Assembly: GCA_020137815.1 (NCBI GenBank)
Contig: CM035361.1
Span: 1,922,001-1,986,000, forward strand
Reading direction: 5' to 3'
DNA length: 64,000 bases
Origin: Hormiphora californensis
Taxonomy: Eukaryota; Animalia; Ctenophora
In this document: piece after piece, positions 1-15,500 of the stretch
Position numbering within the stretch: position 1 is the first letter of the stretch
How the letters are laid out: every line of letters begins with the position of its first letter
Translations under genes and position numbers: made by a program
The notes under the pieces: model-generated
Databases searched by the model: none
What the model was told of the DNA's origin: nothing
The model's input: the letters and a program-made list of their open reading frames with translations, nothing else

Positions 1-19
1 TGTTTCTTATAGCTGATGC

Positions 20-54
<35 letters not shown>

Positions 55-576
55 TTCTCTCTATCTGACACCGCCGCCCCCAGTTTGCTTACACGCAGGG
101 ACAACGGCAAATACAGACAAAGTTAGAGAGATATATGGATATAGAGAGGGGAGAAAGAGAGAGAGTGAGAGCTCACTCAGCAACATATTTTAGTCCAGAA
201 CGATCGCTTTTTTTACTGTATAGTTTTGCAGTTCTACACTTCATTTTATTAGGTATTTGTGTCTAAAAGATTGGCTTTAAAATCTATAAAATTATTAGGC
301 ACATAATATTATGATTTTGACGACAAAAAATGGTTTTTAAATTCTGAAATTTGTTGAAATAAGATGGGAATGTTGATGACACAACGTCGTGATATGACAC
401 ACCCACTCTATGTAGCAGCCGTTCTTATCATATTAACTCCTTCGTTCGTTTTCTCGTTTTTAGGTGGAATTGTTGGTATGATGTTCACATTAAACTAGAC
501 ATAAGACAAGAGATAGAGAGAGATAGATAGATAGAGAGATAGAGAGAGAGTAGAGAGAAAGAGAGGATAGAGTAGA

Positions 577-610
<34 letters not shown>

Positions 611-2388
611 TAGAAGAGACGAGAGAGGAGTAGAGAAGATATAGCCGAGAGAGAGCTACTCGCCGAGCTCATTTCTCGAGAGCGCGCTCTCGGCCTGCGA
701 GGCCACCGCGAGAGACGAGAAGACACATGTGCAGTAGTAGTATAGTAAAGCTGTAGCTTGCTGCAGGTTGCTGTAGTTGCTAGGGTAACTGGTGCTCACA
801 CGAAGAGAACGAGAGAGAAGAGAGAGGGATTAAGGAAGGGAGAGAACAAGAGAGGGAAGGGAGAGAGAGAGAAAGACGATTAAGGGAGAGAGGGAGAGAA
901 CAGAGAAGAGCGTACGTTTCCGCCTATACCGTGCACACTATATAGCGGTATTGAGTGTGTGTATGCAGTCTTGTGGTAGCCGATCGAGAGGTCGAGGATA
1001 TGTTTATGTCTACTTCGATATCTATAAAGCGACTTTATAAAGTTTCTATAGTAGCTTATACTTCCATATTCTTAGAACAGTATATATTTAGATGCAATTA
1101 TACAACTTGTTCTAGCACGCTTCCTCGAATCAGTCCATGGCTTGTTCTGCGTTCACTTCCATGGTCTACTAATATATTCCACTGGCTATGGTTCAAATAC
1201 ACATGGACGAATTAGGCCCAAAAGTTTTTACACTATGAAATTGGTCGCGAGCGTGTTCTCCATCTATGAATGGTACGGCTGGCAGAAGAAAATGTACAGA
1301 CGATACAAATTTGTAATCGATTTTTTTTGCGAGGCCTGGAATGAAGGACGTATGACGTTTCCCTGGTAAGTATCACTTACCCAAGACCAAAAATTAAACC
1401 CATATTGTTGTGTTTTTTAATTTTGGAATTTTAAAGTAGCTTGTAGGAATAATAATTGTATACACTCCCACCCACCGCAAGGTCGAGACAGTCTAATTAG
1501 ATTTCTAATTACAACTAGCGACCTCTCTCTCTATCTTGATTATATGCGTGTGTATAGGGTCACCGCAAAACCCATAAGTTTTAGTATTTTTAGTATTAGT
1601 TTTGGTCCAATGTGTTTATGCCCAAGGGCCGATCCTGGATCAAAAATTATATTAACGACCCTGTTTTTATTGTTCCAGTTATAAAAGTTTTTGGGTTGTC
1701 CCCCCCCCCAAATTTGGGCCCCCTTTTTAATTATTTTTGATTCCAAATTATTCGATTATCCAAATGGGGTGGGGGGGGTAACCTGTATTTTTCCAAAATT
1801 TCGTAATTTTTTTCCCAAATTTTAAATATTTTATTAAAATGTTTTTGCAATAAATTATCATAATGCATTCAATAGAACTCAATCAAATTAAAATTTCCTA
1901 TTCTGCTCATATAAGCTGTTCTTTTTGTCATTTTTTTTCATCAAAAAGTTTTTTATTCTTATTCCTTTAAAAACCCCATTTTTAAATTCTCGCACGTTTG
2001 CTGATGGGGGGCCCCCGTGCCAACAAAGGATTGGAAACCCTTTAGGAAAATTGTGTTCAATTTGATTGAGGTAGATGAAGGAAAGAAAAGCAGCTACAAA
2101 TTCCTCCCACCATGGAAAGAGTTTTTTTCTTAAACATACAGCAATTCCTATTCCAACTTGAAAAATTTCCAATTTAAATTTCCCTTGAATTAAAAGCATC
2201 AAACATCCATGACAGTTATATAAACACTTTTTCTCCCCTCCCTATTGCATAGGCTCTCGCTCTATGACGCAATCATCTTAATAAAATGTTACATTTTTGT
2301 CTCTCTCTCTCTCTCTCTTTTTCCCCCCTCTCCTTCTCTCCCCTTGGGCTCCTTTTTCTTTTCTCTTTCTCTCTTCTCTTTTCCTTTT

Positions 2389-2488
2389 NNNNNNNNNNNN
2401 NNNNNNNNNNNNNNNNNNNNNNNNNNNNNNNNNNNNNNNNNNNNNNNNNNNNNNNNNNNNNNNNNNNNNNNNNNNNNNNNNNNNNNNN
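2389..2488. other. Assembly gap (100 N)
   Basis: Run of N; flanks (~1400-3420) look error-rich. Confidence 0.99.
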
Positions 2489-3419
2489 ATGAAAAGAAAA
2501 AGAGAAGAAGGGAGGAAAGGAGAAAGAAGGAGTTGAGAAGAATAAGGGATAGGGACCGGACGGGGGGGGGGGAAAAAGGGAAAGGGAGGAAAGGGAGAGA
2601 GAGAGAGAAGAGGAGAGAAGAAGAGAGAGAATGAGAGAAGAGAACGGAGAGGTTGAAAGAAGAGAAAAGGACAAAGACGAGGAAGAAAAAAAAGCAAAAG
2701 AGATGCTTCATTAGGATTGTAAAAGGTGTTTTCTTTTCTAAATTTATCCCAATAAAAGGGGAAAAACCGGATTCCTTCTGTATATTTTACTCATCCCCTT
2801 TTATTTATTCCTTGCTTTACTTACTTTGAACCAAAATTTGAACCATTTTAAAATTTTTTCTTTTTCACCCTTTTGTGGTATTTCTTATCCAAGTATTGGT
2901 TTAAGGGAAATGCATATGGGTTTTAAGTGTTGACGAAACGGGTGAGAAGGGGAAAGGAAAAAGGAGAGAGGAAGAGAGAGGGTTTGGAGGAAGAAAAAGG
3001 GAGAGAGGGAAAAGGAGAGAGGGGTTTTGGATATAATAATTATAAAATAATGCGCTCGGTGAGTTTTATGCATTGAAGTGTCACACAATAGCACAATATG
3101 ATGTAAACCCCGAAAATTAATTGTGGGGATTTATTAAATTTTTCGACGGAAGCCGGAAAATCGAAGTACGCTGGGGATCGGGGGTTAAAAAAGGGGAGAA
3201 AAGAATTTGCCGGATCATAGGGAGGATGAATGGTGGAACAAGGCTAGGGGGTGATTTGGGGGCCCTAGCCAATCCAAACGTATGGGGTGAGGAAAGAGGG
3301 AATTAGAGATCCCTTGGTGGGAATAGGGTTTCAGGGTTGCCGAGGGAGAAAAAGAAGAAAAAATTAGACGAGAACCTAGGAGAGGAGAGAGATGGAGAGA
3401 GAGAGAGAGAGAGGAGTAG

Positions 3420-5695
<2,276 letters not shown>

Positions 5696-7594
5696 CCATG
5701 TGTGTGTAGGTATGTGTCTGCAATATTGAAATTAATATTTGATATTTGCAATACTATCAGAGAGCCAGTTGCTGCGGCTCCAAAAGTTGAGAGAGTTATA
5801 TTATATAACTTGCAACTACTTGCTTCTGCGAAAGAATGTTTCGTGGAAAACTCAATTTATTGTTGTTCAGTATTATATTTAGAGTTGCTCATGCGGAACA
5901 CGGAGAAAAATCAATTTCTTTCAAGAATTTGTTATAAATGTTGCACTGAAACATCCCACTTAATATAATCTATCTTATCTCTTTAAATGAGCTTTCATCC
6001 TCTATCTTTTGTTGAGTACCCCCCCCCCCCCCCCGATAACTTCTCTCTCTCAGCCAACTGCACTGTATCTTTATATCGATATTAGTTCAGGGTGTATCTA
6101 CTCTGCTCAACACATGTGTATCTGCACAACAAGCTGATCTCTCAATGGCTACATTGTCATTACTGATTGGAGTACCTCCTATTCACGTATCTCTCTGACC
6201 TTTTGTGTATCTCTTTCTATCTATCTCTCTCTCTCTGATCTATCTTACCCTCTCTCTCATCTATCTCTCTTCTGTATATATATTTTCTTTATCTCTCTCT
6301 CTATCTCCCTTGTATCTACTGTGTGCGAGACGTGAGTGAGGGCATTTAGAAGAGATAAATATCTCCCAAAAAATCTTGTTTCGTCCTAAGTTGAAGGAAG
6401 CTTTTAGCACCGTGAAGCCATTTTTCCTAGTAAATATGGCACAAATCAGACTGATAGCTCTGTTGATAGCGTTAGAAATGGTAGAGTAATAATTTAAACG
6501 CCTAGCTTTAAACTTTTGGACTATAACTTCTGAAGGGAAAAATGTCAACGCATTATCTTTTTCAACACCACTCCTTCACTACTTCTTCTACACTCGTCAC
6601 TACCTAAGCCTTAGCTTCTGTTGCACATGTAAAATTGTTACTGCAGCAGTTTTGCTTTCTAAACTATATATATATATTCGAATATATATTCCCAATTTTT
6701 ACAGTGAATTACTACCGTCTGTTTCAAAAACTGTCTCAAAACTGTTTCGTGAATGTAATTTTCCAATTCAAAACGTCCTCTAAAACTCGCTATCTAATCG
6801 TTGGTGACAGCTACATATATGTGACAAGCTATACGGTGAAGTATACTCCGCCTTTCTCACCATTCCTCTCTCATTCTCCATTTTTTTAAATTTCTTACTT
6901 CCTTTAATATATTATGTCGCGTTTATAAATTTGCGTTGTGATACGATCTCTCTCTGATTGTTTCTGTGACATGAAACTTTTTTGTAAATCGCGAATTACA
7001 ATCGTGGCCTGGATATTTATAAAATGTATGGATGGTATGTTGAGATGTAATGCTGTTTAAACAGGCCAGCTAAAAGTTTCTGAATAAAAAGGGAACATTT
7101 TGCGCAGAAGCGATTCAACGAAATTATCTATTCAATTCTGTATTTTCAATTGCGATAGTGAGTAGTTACCATGGTGCCCGTATAGTGTTAAAGCTAAACA
7201 TAGTGCTGTATCTAAAGCGGGACCCTCATAGAGTGTGTGTTTTGATACAGGTTAATTGATTCTAATTAGATGCACCACAGCTCTCATGACTTGAACCCTA
7301 GTGTACACCGTATTGCGTGTAGTACCCACCACATAGAAAATTAAATCTTTTTTTTTTCGTGCTGTTTTTTTTTCTTTCGCTCTCTCTCTGTCTCTTCCAT
7401 TGATTATCTCACCCGTTCTTGATCATCTATCTTTCTCTTTATGATTCTCTCTCCATTTCTTGCTAAAGACGTGATTGCTTTTAATTCCTGTCGGATAATG
7501 GATGGGATTTTCGAGATTTTTTTAGTGTCTGTTGTTGCCGTTGTCATGTTCGTTTTTCCTATATATTCAAATATTTAGCCATAATCTCTTTCTA

Positions 7595-8519
7595 TTAGGT
7601 TGTCCAAGAAATAATGTCGCGAGCCGATTTCTCCAACTTAACTCAACAATTTCGGTATACAACTTTTTCTAGCACCTTGATCTAACCCTTGTCTGTATAT
7701 AACAAGTGTCTGTTTTGAAAAATTTGATTTTTGACATCCCTTGGTGAACCCGGAAAAATTGCAAAAAATTTTGCCGCTGAACGAGATTTCCGTGCATGTT
7801 AAAAAAACTGTTATAGTTATTTAATCAAGCATCTGTAAGATTTTTAATGACATCAAGCTTGTTTATTAGACAAATATCTATCTTTTGAGTGGTGAATGAA
7901 GTCACAGATCCAATTTGTCTCGGAGCTATGGAGCTCTGAAAAATTTTGGTCAAAATCGGAAATTGTCACTTCCGGGATACTTCATGTTTGATTGGATTGG
8001 TGAATGATAAATTTTTTGATGGTAATTAATAGTCCCAACTAAGCTTTTAACCGTAGTAAAGTTAACTTTTGGCTTTGGTAAGGTTTTGAGGTGAAAAAAT
8101 GCGGTTTTTTGAAAGTCCCGATTTTTGGGTCCAAAATCGAGGTAAAATTTTTCGTTTTTTCACTTTTTTGGGGTAGATTTACTAAGTTTGCCGTTTCCAT
8201 AGAACGCGTCGAGACTAAAATCGCATGGGTACGATATCTTTGGACGATGGGCTATCGATTGACGCCATTTAGAGTTCTGGAAACTTAAATGGCTTCCTTC
8301 CAGCGACGTTTTAAAATTTGCAAAACTCCCGTTCAGCGGCAGAGCGACTTCCGGTGACAGATCACCCAAATACGGGCAATGAAAATATTAGTATGAAATT
8401 CTAAATGTGTTTTTCAGACGGGAAATTGTCTACTGAACAAGATAGAACGAGTTAAAAGTCGCTAACTCATGCATTTCTACAAAAAATCGTAAGGCGACAT
8501 TATTTCCTGGACAACCTAA
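7595..8519. mobile_element. Non-autonomous Tc1/mariner-type element
   Basis: TIR ttaggttgtccaagaaataatgtcgc / gcgacattatttcctggacaacctaa, flanked by TA on both sides; no transposase ORF. Confidence 0.85.
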
Positions 8520-9588
8520 TACTATGTTTCTCAATCCTTTTTTGAACGCGATTCTCTCTAAACCGAAACATGTTTCCAATATCGCTATTATATAACTCCC
8601 ATTATTAGTGTTTCTTAACTCTCTAACAAGTTATAGCCTGACCGTTTCCATAGCGTGACAGAAGAGAGAACTCATTTAACTACATATTAAAAGGAGGATG
8701 ATCTTTGTTCATTTCCTTGTACTATACTGAGTTTTCATGTTTCCATCGATTTGAACTCCATCATTACAATTATATTGCTTTCGTTTTTGTTATTTAAACT
8801 TTGTTTTTTTTAAAGAGCTAAATACAAATCTTCTGCCTCTTAATCCTTCGTCGACTAATAGCTAAAAGCGATTTTCCTTATAAAAAAGCTACCGACTACT
8901 TCTTCATTCTTCTCTGCTGCTTATTTAGCATTAGTCTTTACAGTACATACTTGCGGTCGAAATATCTACTAATGACCAGGATATCTGGAGGAAATCAGAC
9001 TGAATGTCCATCCTCTAATGTACCACATGTCCATCAGCTCTTATATAATATAGCACAGATATATTTGTTTTTCTCCTTCCGTCCTATGTTCTATCATATA
9101 TGAGCTCCTTCATTAAAATGTGTTCCATGATCTTGTGACCCAATGCAGCTTGTAAGGAGCTCCAATACGGCTTGTGTGTGGCATCTTGAATATATTCATT
9201 GATTAATTAGCATCCAACCAATATAATATATGATCCACCTTCTCCTGCAGCTCTCCTTCAAACGGCTTTTCGTGTATTTGATATCCACGAACATTGAATT
9301 TTTTGTTTAGTTAAGTGTCACTGTTCAATATACCTGTTTTGATATTCCAAACACTTTTTACTAACCTATTAATATTATTTAGAATGTGTAAACTAATGGA
9401 ACACAGATAGACCGGGATCAACTGAGCTACAGATAAATCACCAACAACCCGATCGAATCAAGATACAAGTCGTGGAACTTATAGAACACCATCCACATCG
9501 GAGAAACATACATCAGAGACCAAGATCAAGATAAGGTGGCGGACACGACAATGCAGTAAAGACAGATCAAGTGCAGATATAGGGTGTC

Positions 9589-12500
9589 ATGTCTGCCAGT
9601 AAAAACTGTATACCTAGGTAATTTATCAATTTAATTCATTAATCAATTTTATAAAAACGGTATACCTAGCTTATGTAGTTAGAATAGTTTGTTATCACAT
9701 CACATCTAATCAATTTGATTGCCGCCTACTAGATGTTGAACTGTTCAGGCGACTCATCTACTTTTTATGAAACATAAACAGTTTGTTATTTACCTAAACT
9801 ATTATTTCTATTTCAGTGGATCATGGCGAACCTTTATCATTTCTACAACGATCCCATTCGTAGGAGGTCTTTTCTTCATAGTGATATGGAGGCTTATCAG
9901 TAAGTTAGAACACCATATTTGGGCATCACGTGACATGCATAACAACCTGCAATGTTCATTATATTTCTAGAAATAAAATGCGAAAAGGTGTTTTGCTCTA
10001 GATTGATTGTTCATCTTTCAAGTTTAATATGAACCAATCCATCATTCACATTTTTAACCCCATACTCCATCTCAGGAAGCATTTTTTTATACGCAAGACA
10101 AAAGGGAACGAAGAGCAATGGCTCGACACGAGATTTTTGTATAGCCCGGATATCACGGCGTGTCTTCAAGCTCCAACGGAAGGTAATTATATCATCAGAA
10201 TTTGATATTCGGAAATTACCAAGTGAAGAAAGTTGCAAGCTTTTAAAAGTATTATGCTTCACGTATTCAGATGTGGTAACTAAAGTTGGTTAACACTATA
10301 AAACTTCTATTTATAGGTCAAGGAGTTTGCGGAGGACTTGAGTTATCCAAAGACGCGGAAGGGCCGACTAATGACATGGTTAACCATGTTATTTACATTT
10401 GTAGCAATTATTCTGTATCTCGTCGACACTAGCAAGTATGTTAATTCCAACTTAAAAGTTCCTTTTTGGCTGCTTTGTGGGTTGCTATTATTTTCCCACT
10501 AGATACTATTCTAAGATACATACTCAGTCCAATGAGACCACTAAGCTTTCCACTAAGCTACTCACTTTTTCCAGGAGTTTAGAGCGGTGTGTCGATAGAA
10601 CCGATCCTGCTGTAATTTTAGACTCTATATGTAACCTATTTTTCCTATGGAGATTCACTGTAATGGTAGGTGTATTTAAAATAGAGATTAAACAAGTTTC
10701 TTTTTAATAGAGATTTTAATAGAATGTATTATTTGTTACATTCAATTTATAGTAAAACAAAATGTTTTCTATTTACCTAAACCAATCTCAATCTCTCGAT
10801 TTCAGTGTATAGTGGCCAAAGACAAACTGAGTTTTTGGGTTGAACTAAATTCCTTGATAGACTTTTGTACCATACCCCCCGCTTTTTTAACCCTCTACCT
10901 TGGCACCACGTGGCTAGGTGAGTTCTGACTTCTAATCGAACAAACTCTTTAGAGTTCTGATACGAGCTCCGACTTCCAACTATTATCTTCATCCAAGATC
11001 GTCATCCAATATAGCACGGCCTCATTAAATGCAGTTTTTATTACATACATCACAACAGATTAATGAATCCAACCCATCTCTCTCTAGGTCTAAGATTTAT
11101 CCGTGCATTACGGTTGCAGTACATTGGCGAAGATTTTGCCTCCGTAAAGCTGATATCCTCCCACAAGATGCTAAACCTCAGTCGGACACTTTGTCAGTTT
11201 GTCAGCTTTTGGTTAACTGCTGGTGGCCTTTATTTTTTGGTAAGAGTCTTGGTTAGCTGAACATATTATAATTGGAAGTAATAATCTTAACAAGCAAGTG
11301 AAGTAATTTTAAACCGGAATATATTCCTAATAATCAAAACATATATGTTTTGATTATTAGAGCTAATTGGACATGGGAGATCAAGAAGTTCTCAATTTGA
11401 AAACTCCGATTGTATGATGATTTCCTCAAAATAATCCCACGTGTCATTTCAGGTTGACAACATGTCAGCACAGACGGCCAGCTGCAACAAGCCCATTTGT
11501 GGGCTAAACTTCTGGGAGTCCCTCTACTTTCTCTTTATTACTCTGTCAACTATCGGGTACGGGGATAAACACCCGATCAGCTTGGAAAGTCAGATCATTG
11601 TAATATTTATCATCGTAGTTGGATTGGTAAGTTGCGTGGGAAAGAAGTTGAAATACAAAAAAGAAGAGAGAGGGAGGGGAGAGAGAGAGAGGGGGGGAGA
11701 GAGAGAGAGAGAGAGATACTTGAAAGCAATTAATTTTGCAGAAACGGTTTAATTGCACAACATCCGGAAATTTGTCTCATTATACGTCATTTATCTTTCA
11801 AACCGCAAATACATCGATTTACTCGTCACAATTTTACCACAAATTACATAACTATGGTACCCTCTATTACGAAACATCATACGTCACACATAAGTTATTA
11901 AGTTACGACATCATCACTTATTGATTTACATCCCCCTCCCTATCTAGACATCATTTGCATCATTGATGCCGGCTCTGGTTGAACTGTCCCAGAAACCAGC
12001 TGGATGGTTGGGAGTGTATGATGACAGCAAGTCTAGGTGAAAATAGTGTGACAATCTTAGCTATGTGTGAGAGAAATCTTTACTAGCTATTATGTGTGTG
12101 ACGTGAGAGCATTGCTATCATGTGTGAGAGAGCAATCTTACGGCTATTTGTGTACAAGCACTCTTCCAGCTTTGCTAACCACTTTCGTGTGCTAAAGTTA
12201 GTGTACTGTGGGGAGCTACATTTTGTGTGATGTTCGACTGACGACAAACTAGACTACCAACAATATACCCAATTTGTACATTGACATTCCCCTTTGAATC
12301 TGATCCAACTTACTGAACGACTGACCCAGAGCATTAGAGCAACATTATATCTGATTAATCTGACAGTTACTGACAGTTACTGTACGGACATTACTCTGAC
12401 TTCAGGCAATTTTACCGACAGTAGGACCAGAGATCTTAGCTCTATTAGGACAGCCACCCCCACATACACGCGACTATGACGACACTAAATCTCGGTATGT

Positions 12501-15500
12501 GACACCGATGAAACCGGACTATGAAGAAGACAATTGACAATTACTTTTTAAGCTAGCACTTGAAAAACGACACAACTATTATAGCTATAATTATATAGCA
12601 CCTAAAAGCCCAACAAAGCATTGTTTTCTTCTGGGCACCGAAATGACCATTGTATGCCATACTGTACAGTAACATTCCATTTTCAGTCACGTGATAGTAT
12701 GCGGGTACATAACAACAAGTACCGTCAGCAACTTTATGAGAGACTTCCTTCATCCGGAAAATGAAAATCAAGAAACAACAGCTGTATTTCTTAATCCGTG
12801 AGTCATATAATGCTATCAATCATTGGACAAAAATTGAAGAATAACCTAAACAATCTTCATTTGACTAAACATGCTCAATTTCAATTTGTATTCAGATTTG
12901 GAGCTCCATAATTTACATTTGAAATCATACTTCCTAATCAAAATGTATACATCTGAATATTTTTAGGACGCCCCCACCAGAAGAGTTAATGAATTTGATG
13001 CACCGGCACTTTTATCGATGTCAATATCTCCAGGGTAGTCCGCTGGGGTCAGGGGACCTCCAACGGTGTAAGGTAACAAACTAACAGGAAATGAGACTGA
13101 TCGACATCGTGTCATAGCCTAAATAGGGTGAACTGTGACAGTTTCAAAATAATTGAATTTCGTGTTGCAACTTCTCGTAAAATTCTTTCTTTTGTTTCAG
13201 TGCGATACGGCAAAGGCGTGTTTAGTGATAGCAAACAAGCACAGTCATGAACCGGATGCCGAGGATGCAGCTAACATACTCAGGTGAGAATCTTAAGACA
13301 AGCTAATTAACTAATTAATTAATTAGTTCAATTCTGCTTCTAGCTAGATGTAGAAGTTAGTATCCTGGTAGAGTGCTCGATCCGGGGATGCGGAGAGCTT
13401 AACTATTGTGGCAAGTGAAAACAAGTTTTTTACACAATCAACAAATGTTTCACGCGAATGCGATCGTCAGGATTAAAAATGTAAACTTGTTTACTCGTTA
13501 ACAGTCCTCTGCTCCTTCATAAAGTTGGATGTTTCATGAGTTTAACGGCTAGATACTTCCTCTTGTGCGGACACTTGTTTAACAGTTCGCTCTTCCTGTT
13601 TATCAGGTCCTTCCCTCTGAGGATGTGGTACTTTTCCGCCAGACACAGATTACAGGTTATATTACCAGGTTGATATGTGCGAGCTTTGGCTAATAATCGC
13701 CATGTTATGTCATGTCTTATGTCTCTGTCCTTTAGTCTCCAGACTAGTTTGGACAGTTCTGTCTCGTTTTTGTATCTGTCGTGTCTGAATGTAGTTTTGT
13801 GTGTGTTCAGTCTGGATTTAAACGTCCCCTCGGCCATTCCGACGTATTTTGACTCCTTGTTCCCGTGCTTCACAGTAGCCTCGTACACTACCCCTGTTGT
13901 GGCAAGTGAAAACAAGTTTTTTACACAATCAACAAATGTTTCACGCGGGGTAGTGTACGAGGCTACTGTGAAGCACGGGAACAAGGAGTCAAAATACGTC
14001 GGAATGGCCGAGGGGACGTTTAAATCCAGACTGAACACACACAAAACTACATTCAGACACGACAGATACAAAAACGAGACAGAACTGTCCAAACTAGTCT
14101 GGAGACTAAAGGACAGAGACATAAGACATGACATAACATGGCGATTATTAGCCAAAGCTCGCACATATCAACCTGGTAATATAACCTGTAATCTGTGTCT
14201 GGCGGAAAAGTACCACATCCTCAGAGGGAAGGACCTGATAAACAGGAAGAGCGAACTGTTAAACAAGTGTCCGCACAAGAGGAAGTATCTAGCCGTTAAA
14301 CTCATGAAACATCCAACTTTATGAAGGAGCAGAGGACTGTTAACGAGTAAACAAGTTTACATTTTTAATCCTGACGATCGCATTCGCGTGAAACATTTGT
14401 TGATTGTGTAAAAAACTTGTTTTCACTTGCCACAATAGTTCAATTCTGCTTCCAAGTTTACCTTCTCAATCTTTGATTTGAATTAAATTCCCCTGTTTGT
14501 AAAACATCCTAACAATTCATCATCTCTCCTCAGAGTTATTTCGATAAAGAATTTCCGGGCGTCAGTCAGAGTTATAATTCAGATTTTAAATTACCACAAC
14601 GAGGAACATCTTTTTAATGTTCCTGATTGGTCGAAAATGTACGGCGATGAGGTCATCTGCATTAATGAGGTAAGTTAAGTTCGTAATTCGGCAAAGCGTC
14701 AATTGCTTCAAGGAGTTTTATTTCCATTTGAAACTGAGAATACTTCAACTCCTCTACACACCATCAGGCATCAACTAATTAGGTAGCTAACCTACAACAA
14801 TGTATTTCAGTTGAAGTTGGGTCTACTCGGTAAGAGTTGTTTGTGTCCTGGGTTCAGCACAATGGTGGCTAATCTCATCATGATGAGCTCCTTCCAACCG
14901 TGCAATTACAACGTTAGTCAATCAACAAAACTAGCTTCTCATTGACCCTTTGACTTTCCATGACAACACATGTTTTAAATTGACAAAATATAACTAACTA
15001 TCCTATTCGATAGAACCCGGGAAATGACGTAAGAGATCACTGGCAATACGAATATGGTTATGGTGCTTCAAACGAACTCTATACTGGGCAAATGAGTAGG
15101 TGGGTCAAATATATCAAGTCTCGTACAATTTAGCTTATTTTGAAATAGGCTTCATCTTAAATTTTTTTGGTTTTTATGATGTATCCTTTAACTAGACTAC
15201 CAAAAAGTCATTTAATATTTCACGTCTCTCTCTCCCCCCAGTGATTTTGTTGGAATGACATTCCCCACGGTCGCCGAGATCTGTCTTATCAAACTTCACA
15301 TCCTGCTTATTGGGGTGGAGGTGGAAACCAGTGTGGATGGCTCCGGAATTCTATTCAACCCAGCCCCGAGTATTTTCCTGTTTTCCGAGAACAGCAAGGG
15401 AATCTTCATCGCTCAAAACCCGCAAGCAGTGAAAAGTGCTGCATTTTATTGTTACCATTGCCACGAGTACACGAACAGTAATGAGATATCAAAGTGCAAC

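Larger units (their letters stand above)
13401..14440. mobile_element. Penelope-like retroelement 3' fragment as an inverted (head-to-head) pair in a Slo intron
   Basis: 494-bp arms 13401-13894 / 13947-14440 are reverse complements; each encodes a GIY-YIG C-terminus; 17-bp direct repeat tagttcaattctgcttc at 13324-13340 and 14436-14452. Confidence 0.88.

Noticed and set aside
1091-1365. Possible exon (tttag ... gtaagt) and a 12-nt microexon at 464-475
   Set aside because: No recognisable homology, in a low-quality region; a product cannot be supported
2700-3110. Apparent diverged duplication of 3570-4110
   Set aside because: Adjacent to the N gap with homopolymer-inflated, indel-rich sequence; most likely unpolished read overlap
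13517-14324. Two 215-aa sense/antisense ORFs as a bidirectional gene
   Set aside because: Consequence of the palindrome; only the C-terminal ~125 aa are real GIY-YIG sequence
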